From Octopus bimaculoides (Eukaryota): DNA of 64,000 bases. This document shows, in pieces, positions 1-10,200 of the stretch. The first letter of the stretch is position 1; every line of letters begins with the position of its first letter. A program made the translations under genes and the position numbers. Location of the stretch: positions 39,519,247 through 39,583,246 of the forward strand of contig NC_068986.1 in NCBI RefSeq assembly GCF_001194135.2. Reading direction: 5' to 3'. The notes below the pieces were generated by a model, which saw only the letters and a program-made list of their open reading frames with translations, was not told the DNA's origin and did not search any database.

Positions 1-1
1 A

Positions 2-49
<48 letters not shown>

Positions 50-51
50 CG
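1..51. repeat. (ACGC)n tetranucleotide microsatellite
   Basis: Perfect ACGC tandem repeat at the window start. Confidence 0.95.
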
Positions 52-435
52 GCGAAGTATAGCATTATTGGTTACAGGTTTCCAATGCCCAGTCACTGGT
101 TCACTGTATTTTTTGTTGGGAGAGTGACAAGGAGTTGTCTTTGTAATTCAAGCAGATATTCCTGCTATTTCTAGCCTCCAGTTATGTGCCGTTGACAAGG
201 CTAAGGAAGGCTGAAATCGTGTGATCTAGGGATCAATATTACCTTTTGGTATTAACACCACTTCTGTCACCAATAACTTTTTTGATGAGCCCACTGGCTA
301 TTCATGACGCCAGTGTTTGTTTAGACTCTGATTCTGTGCATATCGCTTGCAGAGATATTGCTGCTATCGCCAGTATCTGAGTGTCTACCATTGACAAGGC
401 CAGGGAAGGCCAAAACCATATGTGCAAGCCCTTCA

Positions 436-680
436 TTTATATATCTATGTGTGTGTGTGTGTGTGTCTTAGTGGCTGTGTTAGTCCTACTACATTGCCTG
501 ACAACCAGTGTTAGTTTGTTTATGTTCCCATAATTTAGTGGTTCAACAAAAGAGACAAATAGAATGAGTACCAGACACAAAAATAAGTACTGGTGGCAAT
601 TTGTTGGATTAAAATCTTTCAAGTTGGTGCTCCAGCATGGCCGCAGTCCAGTGACTGAAACAAATAACGATAAAAGATTT
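436..680 (+). mobile_element. SINE family A, 3' half
   Basis: (GT)n followed by the same 3' body (acaacc..gtgtt..gatagaat..ccagcatggccgcagtc..gactgaaac) as the full copy at 2298-2705. Confidence 0.8.
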
Positions 681-701
681 ACTACAGTTCTATATTTAGG
701 A

Positions 702-816
702 GATGAGGAATTATTTACATTATTTACATTTGACGAAGGCTGGAGGGTATATCAGCCGAAACGTGTTAACAACAAACAAGATGAGGAGAAATATCCGTCA
801 AATGTAAATAATGTAA
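702..816 (+). ncRNA. Degenerate hammerhead-ribozyme-like core inside a 21-bp inverted repeat (Penelope-like/retrozyme remnant)
   Basis: TGACGA-A-GGCTG-N10-CAGCC-GAAAC-GT at 731-764; perfect inverted arms at 715-735 and 796-816; the first conserved C is replaced by T. Confidence 0.45.
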
Positions 817-1031
817 AAGATTTACTCATATGCATGTACACATACACACAATGAAATGGGCTTCTGTGTAGTTTCCTATCACCAAAAATCACTCACAAGC
901 ATCGGTCAACAAAAGACAAAGAGATGTACCATGTTTGTATTATCTGTGTCATTTGGTTATAACATACACACATCAGTTTAGAAATGCAGTTCTCCATAAG
1001 TAGTTCATAGCTTTGCTTTCCTTTCCTTTAA

Positions 1032-2200
1032 CCCTTTCGTTACTAACCCGGCCGTAGCTGGCCGAAAAATTTTTTGGTTCATAAGACCAACCCGGCCGTA
1101 GCCGGCCGAGAGTACCCATTGTTATTTAAATGTATATTTGAACCCAAATTTCGTTAGTACATTCGTTAAAACACCTGATTTCACTTTGCAAACAGTTGAG
1201 TTATTGTATCCGACATTGTTTGGCGTGATATTTGAACTCGGTGAATTTTGGAAGATTTTTTTTCCACATTTTTTGCGGCGTTAATTTTTTTCAACTTTGA
1301 AGATGGAGAGGAGTTTCATGCTATCAAGCAGTGATTCCGAATTTGAAGGTTTTTCAACAGAAGATATGGAGATATCGAAGAAAAGNNNNNNNNNNNNNNN
1401 NNNNNNNNNNNNNNNNNNNNNNNNNNNNNNNNNNNNNNNNNNNNNNNNNNNNNNNNNNNNNNNNNNNNNNNNNNNNNNNNNNNNNNNNNNNNNNNNNNNN
1501 NNNNNNNNNNNNNNNNNNNNNNNNNNNNNNNNNNNNNNNNNNNNNNNNNNNNNNNNNNNNNNNNNNNNNNNNNNNNNNNNNNNNNNNNNNNNNNNNNNNN
1601 NNNNNNNNNNNNNNNNNNNNNNNNNNNNNNNNNNNNNNNNNNNNNNNNNNNNNNNNNNNNNNNNNNNNNNNNNNNNNNNNNNNNNNNNNNNNNNNNNNNN
1701 NNNNNNNNNNNNNNNNNNNNNNNNNNNNNNNNNNNNNNNNNNNNNNNNNNNNNNNNNNNNNNNNNNNNNNNNNNNNNNNNNNNNNNNNNNNNNNNNNNNN
1801 NNNNNNNNNNNNNNNNNNNNNNNNNNNNNNNNNNNNNNNNNNNNNNNNNNNNNNNNNNNNNGTTACCCAGAATAACAAATTACTGGAGCGATCAGGAACC
1901 TTTTGGCGATGAATATATTTCCAGTATTATGAATGAGTACGATTCGTGAAGCTGAACCAATATTTACATGTGAGAGACACTAGCAGTGCCCCAGTACGTG
2001 GAGAACTTTGAGACAAAAATTATGCAACAGAATTAATTAAGAACCCTTTCTTTAATTATGTTCCAAATATCACATTAATATCTTGATAAATAAAAAAGTT
2101 ACAGGTGTTTAATGAGACTAGTCTAAATTCATGATTATTTTAGAATTTAATTGAAACTCATGAGGGATGTATTTTGGTCAGAAATATAGTAACGAAAGGG
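1032..2200 (+). mobile_element. piggyBac-like DNA transposon, short/non-autonomous, interrupted by an assembly gap
   Basis: TTAA on both sides (1028-1031, 2201-2204); 14-bp TIR CCCTTTCGTTACTA; acidic N-terminal ORF start MLSSSDSEFEGFSTED just before the gap. Confidence 0.85.
1386..1861. other. Assembly gap (others at 10501-11408, 42460-42469, 55281-55747, 62299-62795)
   Basis: Runs of N. Confidence 1.
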
Positions 2201-2297
2201 TTAAAATGCATTAATCTCCTTTAAAACATTAAGAAAGTATAGCTTGTTGCTAATTGTTTTTGCATTAGTTCTTTCTATGCAATTAAATGAAAGTTGG

Positions 2298-2705
2298 CGC
2301 AGGAGTGGCTGTGTGGTAAGTAGCTTGCTTACCAAGCACATGGTTCCGTGTTCAGTCCCACTGCGTGGCACCTTGGGCAAGTGTCTTCTACTATCGCCTC
2401 AGGCAAACCAAAGCATTGTGAGTGGATTTGGTAGATGGAAACTGAAAGCAGCCCATCGTATATATGTATATGTATATATATATATGTGTGTGTGTTTGTG
2501 TGTCTGTGTTTGTCCCCCCAACATCGCTTGACAACCGATGCTGGTGTGTTTACGTCCCTGTAACTTAGTGGTTCGGCAAAAGAGGCCGATAGAATAAGTA
2601 CTAGGCTTACAAAGAATAAGTCCTGGGGTCGATTTGCTTGATTAAAGGCGGTGCTCCAGCATGGCTGCAGTCAAATAACTGAAACAAGTAAAAGAGTAAA
2701 GAGAG
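2298..2705 (+). mobile_element. tRNA-derived SINE family A, full length
   Basis: A-box-like TGGCTGTGTGGTAAG, B-box-like GTTCAGTCCC, conserved body, internal (TA)/(TG) microsatellite, (AAAGAGT) tail; many copies in the window. Confidence 0.9.
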
Positions 2706-3654
2706 TATTTAAAGGGTTTCTTGCTATGCAATCATGTGGTTGCTAAGAAATTGTGGTTAGAACTTAGATGAATAGTTTGTGAGAACCATGCATACCATGT
2801 ACTAAAGGCTCAGCAAACAAACTGAGAATTAGCAATGAATTTAGTATGTAGGTAGAGATCCCTCAGAGATCACTTCTCAACCCAGTCCTGTTTATCATAG
2901 TCCTCTGGATTATAACAAGGCACATGCCGTCAGTAATTACTCAGGGTAGGTAGTTGGTAACCGTTATGTAGTAAAACACAAAAAATAAATGAAACACAGG
3001 TGTGCGACTGAGTTGAAGGCAGATTTACTTCTGCTTTTATAGCATGTAAAAAAAAAACAGGTGTTGTAGGAGTGTACGCAGCACGTGTTCGACAGCAGTA
3101 CTATGTGTAGCTTAAATACTAAGATTGACAGGCAGGAGCGAATTATGCCTAACTTATCTAGGAAAAAAAAAAGATATTTTGTATTTTATACACAATAATC
3201 AGAGTAAACTTCATGATTTTATTGGATTAGGTGCATATTTTGCCATAAAAGGAAAATGTTGCTATTGATCTATTTTATTCAATGTAGGCACTGCCTACCT
3301 AGGTGGTATGTCCCTAGTTATAACAGAGGACCTTGAGACTGGCTGACCATAGAAATTCCTGTATGCTGATGACTTAGTTCTTATAGCTGAATCTGTAGGA
3401 GATTTAGAGAAATTTCCAGACATGGAAGTGAAACCTAGAATTGAGTAAACTTTAAAAAGTTTTGGTTGGTGGGAAAGACGACAGAAACTTGTCAGGCAAA
3501 TGGCATGCTTGATACGCAGAATGGAAGTAGGTAGAAATGGGTACACCATATGTTCCTAATGTAAAATACTGGTAACCAAGATGTGTAGTGGTATGACAAG
3601 CAGATTAATGTAGAAGGTAGACATCATATGTTGCAGACATGCAGGAGCAGTTAA

Positions 3655-3920
3655 TAGAAACCTGGTACTAATTCTATCGGATCTTTTGTAGAACCACTAA
3701 GCTATGGGGGACATATACACACTAGCACTGTTTGTTAAGCAATGGTGGGGGATAAACACATGCATGCACACATGCACGACAGGCTTCTTTCAGTTTTCAT
3801 CTACCAAATACATTCACAAGGCTTTCGCCTGCATAAGACTATAGTTGAAGACACTTTCCTAAAGTGCCATGCAGTGAAACTGAACCTGGAATCATGTGAT
3901 TGGAAAAATAGCTTTCTTGC
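3655..3920 (-). mobile_element. SINE family A, partial, antisense
   Basis: Reverse-complement match to 2298-2705. Confidence 0.75.
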
Positions 3921-4140
3921 TGTATGCCGTTTACAAAGTGTTCCTTAAATAGCTACTTCTCTAAAAGACAAAAAAAATCGGCATTAGTTTCATTCTTCTT
4001 TAACATCGGTAATTTAAAACTGGTTTTCTGCTAATTATTCTCTCTAAACCTATTTCTGTGTGTGTGTGTGTGTGGTATGTAAATATAGGTATGTATGTGT
4101 GTGTTTGCACATAATATAATTTTTTCCTTTCTATTTCTAG

Positions 4141-4251
4141 CCTCAAGATGAGCAGGATTTGTTGAAAATGTTATATTACGGGAATCAGAACCGTTCACAA
4201 CACCCAACAGATGCTAATTCGGAATCGTCTCGATCTCATGCTGTTTTTCAG
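4141..4251 (+). CDS. KIF18A: KIF18-like exon a ([37 protein letters not shown]), switch I
   Basis: tttctag acceptor, CAG|gtatat donor, 111 nt, phase 0-0. Confidence 0.96.
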
Positions 4252-7200
4252 GTATATCTGATGTTATTTGAGTTATGAAACAAATTTAGGAGTGGTGTAG
4301 GTATTTCTATTTAGTTGTATGTCTGCTGCAAGTGAATATGGGCCCTGGTCAATAAGTATTCAGACTATTGCCATAGCAACGAAACTAAAGCGCACAAAGT
4401 GAAGCCGCCTGGCAAAGATTGACCTTCAACTCTGCTGTGCATGTGCAATAAGTTTTAACATTCTAACTCACTTCTGCTGTTTACAGCAGTGCTCGGAAAG
4501 AAGGTGTGTAGTGTGTGATTGTCACATTGACCACGACAGAAAGTTGAGCAGAGAATCTGCATCAAATTTTGCCAAAAGCTTGGTGATACCTGCTCAGAGA
4601 CCTATGCAAAGTTTTCAAAAAGTTTTCATTGTTCTCGACAATCAAGGAGACCTTGATTGGTTAGATGAAAGCAGTTTTAGCACAAACTTGGCAGACATGT
4701 GTCTCACACCCAAATCTTCAGTGATAATGGACTGAATTGAACCGTATCTAATCTGCACATACTCTGATAACTCATGGATGGTGATTCAACGATTTCCCCT
4801 TACAGCTGCATGCACATCTGCAATGTTTTTCTCAGTTCTGCTGGTTGCTGGTCTCCTAGAATGTTCGTCAATATTGACATTTTTTGACCATCTTGGAAGC
4901 GTCTGAATCTCTCGTACGCTTGTGTACGACTCATACGCTCCTCTCCATATACTTTCTACAACTATGCATCGGCCTCTGAGCAGGTATCGGCATGGCAACT
5001 TTCTCTGTCATGTTCAATGTGACGATCACACGCTACACACCTTCCTTCCAAGCACTGTTGTAAACAGTGGAAGTGAACATGCATGCGAACGTTCAAGGTC
5101 AATCTTTGCCAAGCGGCTTTACTCTGCATGTCTAGCTTTGTTACTATAGCAAAAGTTCGGATACTTATTGATCAGACCTCGTAAAATGATTTCTAACATA
5201 AGTAAAAGGCTTCAAATTTGAGGAAGGGTGTATCTTCATTTATGTCCACCTCAGCACTTGAATAGTTTTTAATTCTATTGATGTCAGAAGGACGAAGAGC
5301 AACATTGGCTTCAGCAGAATTTGACACATGTCTTCTGCCAACATAACCATGGATTGAGCAAAACCCCTTGTGTGAAATTTTGTGGGTGGAGGCTGTATGG
5401 AAATAAGTTGTATATGCATGTGTGTATTACTGCTAAACCAGTTACAGTGAACTTGGACTAAATATAACGTCTTGTGGTATTTACTCCGAGTTATGTCCCT
5501 TTACACCACGATGGCCTGAGACTTTCAATAAACCGATTAACAAAGATCGATAAAATAAATACCAGACAAATCAATTGCATGCAGTGCTCCATTGTGGTTG
5601 CATTCCAAAGTGACTGAAACCAATAAAAGAATGATTGTCTTATTGAATTTCGTTCTCATGTTTATTTTTTGTAATAGTTTATAAAATCAAACACTTGTTC
5701 TTTTGAGAACCAAAACTATTTCTTTTTCATATTTGTGTTTTTGAACAAAATGAAATATACAAATATAAAAAGTACAAAATACAAGAGAGAATTGTAACAA
5801 TATGCTCACATTCTCTTTTTATTTTTTCTCTCTTTTACATATTTCTTGAGTTCTAAAATAAACATTGATGAATTAAATTTGTCTCATAGATATAACGTTT
5901 TAACCCATATTGTATAAAAGTATTTAGAAGGAGTTTATATCTTTTCTTTGCTGGAAAATCAAAGCAACATTTTAATTCTGTAAATTAAATTGAACTTATT
6001 ACTTGAACATTCTATCTGCAAAATTTCTGAAAGTGTTTTTATCTTGAACAAAACAAAAGATAACAATATTTCCCCATCAATTAATTAATCTTATTTTGTT
6101 ATCAATAATTATTTAATACAATATATATTTTTTGTTTCTTTGTAGGTGTTTGTAAAGCAGTCTGATAGAACAGCTAATTTAGTAAAATCAGTCCACATTG
6201 CCAAAATGTGCTTGGTTGATCTGGCCGGTTCTGAGCGTGGTACTGCAACAAGTAACAGGGGCCCCAGAATGCGAGAAGGAGCCAATATCAATCGGTCTTT
6301 ACTAGCATTGGGGAATGTTATTAATGCACTGGCTGATGAAAAGGTAAGTTATCAAAACTGAGCCATGCAAATCATTTACTTCTATATCAAATGTGAAAGA
6401 GTCAGTCTGAGCTAAATGTTTACAGATATTTACCACACTGAAGCAAATGGTTGCATGTTCAAAGTCTAAGACAATATTTCATTTGAGAATCATCGTTCAT
6501 CGTTTAACGTCCGCCTTCCATGCTAGCATGGGTTGGACGATTTGACTGAGGACTGGTGAAACCGGATGGCAACACCAGGCTCCAATCTAATTTGGCAGAG
6601 TTTCTACAGCTGGATGCCCTTCCTAACGCCAACCACTCAGAGAGTGTAGTGGGTGCTTTTACGTGTCACCCGCACGAAAACGGCCACGCTCGAAATGGTG
6701 TCTTTTATGTGCCACCCGCACAAGAGCCAGTCCATGGGCACTGGCAATGATCTCGCACGAAAGATATCATGTGTCGCCCGCACATGAGCCAGTCCGGGGG
6801 CACTAGCAAACAATCCCAATCAATATTAATTTCGTTAACTGGTTGAATAATTTTTTAGGGTGCCATGGGTTTTATAGAAGGTAGATGACTGTGGCAAATT
6901 TGGAGTGGACGAATGGGCTCATCCTTCAGTTTTGCCTGTAGGTTGGAGATGGCAAAAGACATATGCCTTCTGTGGAGGATGTTCTGATTCTTTCTGAGTG
7001 AATGAAACTTTTTTTTTAACAATCTTATTTATTGTGTGTGTGTGTAAATTTATGTTGTATTTTGTATTTTCTTTTATATGTGTACCCTCTAAAATATTTG
7101 CTTACATCTGTTTCAACATTCTGTACTTGCCTTGTGATGAGACATTTTGTTATTGTTCTTTGTGGAGGAGGTGCATCACCTATAATGTTTGATGTCAAAC

Positions 7201-10200
7201 TGGTGATGTCAATGCAGTTGATTATTAATTTGAGATCCTGCATGTTGATTACTTGTAAGGAAAATAAAGGAGTGAGAAAAGCAAATTTTTGAAGAATAAG
7301 CATTGAGAAAGTGTTTAGTGTAGAGGTTAAGGGATGAAATGCAATAGGTAAGTATGGTGGGCTTAGGTGGAGGGGCAAAACCATAGAAGTATTGATAGAA
7401 GAAACAGAAAGAAATAACAGACCATTTGTTAGTTAAGGGTTAAAAGGTGTTGTGAGTGAGTCTTTGCCAACCAATTGCATAGTTGTTCATTTAGATATGA
7501 TGCAGAATGTTTGTGTGTAAAGCAGCTGTAGTATTTTGGATATGTTAGCAGAACCCTAATATAGGTCATACTTGTATGACCTATATTTTGGCACAACACA
7601 GCAATTTTGGAGGAGAGAGTAAGATGATTACATTGAGCCCAAAAGGGTGAAAGGCAAAGATGCTTGTGGCAGAATTTGAACTCGGAACATAAAAATGAAC
7701 AAAATGCCACTAAGAAATTTTGCCCAGTATACCAACAGTTCTGCCAGCTTACCACCTTATACTTGTATATTTTGAAGTTAGCAACCAATCAGGATTGAAA
7801 TATTTTCTAGACCTAACCAAAGAAAACAAGCCAGTGAAAGAACCTCTACATGGTTGCCTGATCTGTCAAACCTCAAATCACTGGTGTTCTCTGGTAATCA
7901 ATGGTACTAGGGGTCGACATTGTGATTTTTATCCCAGGCTTAAAAGCTTTTCTGATTTCCACTTTTACAACTCTAAAATTTTCTCTAGTCCAACAAGGGG
8001 ACCACTTATTGCACTACTTTCCAGTGTGGATCCATGAATTCACTGGAAGATTTTCAAAAAAATACACTGATGGTCTGTGATCTTGTTTAGTAGATACACC
8101 CTTTCAAAAACTTGGATGGGTTGCAGCACAAGGACTTTTGTTATTCTCAGGTCAGCTGAGTAATCTTCATGCTTCTATCAGAATGAACTCTGGTTCAGGA
8201 GGTGGTGTTGAACAAGTGTACCCTTTCTCCCCAATTTCTTTTATGCCTTATTGTGATGTGAATGCTAGAGACCTGTCCTTTCAAATGTTTGCTTTAAGTA
8301 ACATTTAACATAATGATTGATTCATTAAATGTTCTGTATAAAAAATATATCCTGTCGAAAATAATAACAAGCCCAGCTACAGCCTTTGAGCAGGAACAAG
8401 TAAAATAATACATAGCTGCTACAAGTAGGATATTTACTTTAGCATTTGTATATATTACTGCCAAGGTCAACTTTGCTTTTCATCCTACAAGGGATAAATA
8501 CCGTTCAAGCTTAACCAATAATGCAAAATTTGAGTCCTTGTGCTTCTGTTATTTGTATGTTTTACTATTGTTCTTTTGCAGACTAAAGCTTATATTCCGT
8601 ATCGGGACAGTAAGCTGACACGTTTACTTAAAGACTCTATTGGTGGCAACTGCAGGACAGTTATGATAGCTGCTGTAAGGTAGGTGCTAAAATTGTAGTT
8701 TATTGAAACCTGTTATTATTCAGTTCTGTTTGTATTAAATTGTTGATACATGAAAAATAATGCTATATTTTGAAAGTTACAAAACATTGCACCAACAATT
8801 CGTTTAGTTTGAATTGTTTTTGAATAATTTGTTGAATTTTAAGGAGTTGTAATTTTAAAAGAATTGGAAAAAATAGAGAGTTTTAATCAAGTGAAAGTGT
8901 CATGGGTGGTAGTCTTTTCAGTGTTAGTTTATTGGCTGAAGAGTTCTTAACTATAACTATTATTAGTTATTGGCTATATCTGGCCAAAATATTCTATCTG
9001 TTTTATGCTCAAACTGGCCAGATCTGGTCTCTCACATCAATCCTACAGTATCATTCTAAAACTTAGCAGTTAGTTCATCAAAATCTCAATGCTTCAAGAT
9101 AATGAATGATTAATTAAAGACATGTGAATAAATAAGCATTACTTTTGACAGAATAATGTGAATACTAACTTACAGGGGTTGGACAAAATAATGGAAACGC
9201 CTAACATCATAATTTGGAAATATCTATAAAACCATCGAAAGCTTGTTTTCTTATGTTTTTTGATTTATTATTAGTGTTGCTTAATACGTTTTGCTAAAAT
9301 TGCTGTTTCTTTTCAGATATCATCTAATTAAAATTCATTAAAATGACAGATCTGTCAGACTTTGAAAGAAGTCAAATTGTTGGTGTTCGTATGGCAGGTG
9401 CTAGTGTAATGAAAACAGCCGAAATGTTTGGTGTATCAAGAAGTACTGTCTCGAAAGTAATGATAGTCTTTGAGAAAGAGGGAAAAAACCTCCTTGTCGA
9501 AACAAAACTCTGGAAGAAAACCAAAACTTTCAGATAGGGACCATTGAACTCTTATGCAAATTGTTAGAAAGGATCACAAAAGTACAGCTCTTAAAATTAC
9601 TGCACAGCTTAATGACCACCTTGAGAACCCAGTTTTCACAAAAACTGTTTGCCAGAAGCTGCACAAAGCCGGATTTCATGGGAGGGCTGCAATCAGAGTA
9701 CCACTACTTTCAAAAATAAATGTTGCAAAGCATTTAGAGTGGAGTAAAAACCTACAGAATTGGTCCAGAGCAGTGGAAGAATGTTATTTTCTCAGACGAG
9801 TCATCCTTTACCCTATTTCTGACCACCAGCCGAGTATACGTATGGAGACTTCTTCCAACTGTTAAACATGGAGGAGGATCTGTGATGATTGGTGGGTGGG
9901 GGTGGCTATATCTTGGAAATCCGCTGGCCCAATGGTTTCCCTTCATGGCAGAATTAATAGTCAAGACTAAGCATTTTATCTGATCAAATTCATCCTATGG
10001 TTGTGGAATTGTTTCCAGAGGGAAATGCAATCTTTCAAGATGACAATACACCAATTCACACAGCTTAAATGTCACGAGGAACACTCTAGTGAAGTTGAAC
10101 ATCTTATCTGGCCACCACAGTCCCCGGATCTCAATATTATTGAACGTTTATGGTGCATTTTAAAAAAACAAGTAAGGAGTCGATATCCTCCACCATCATC

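Noticed and set aside
2298-2370. tRNA gene-like A/B boxes (also 15290-15358, 31110 and 59598)
   Set aside because: These are SINE heads that continue into SINE bodies; no complete cloverleaf was seen.
6556-6750. Repeated identical peptide [16 protein letters not shown]... (also 34247) suggesting a small gene family
   Set aside because: Antisense reading of the RTE 3' UTR, not a gene.
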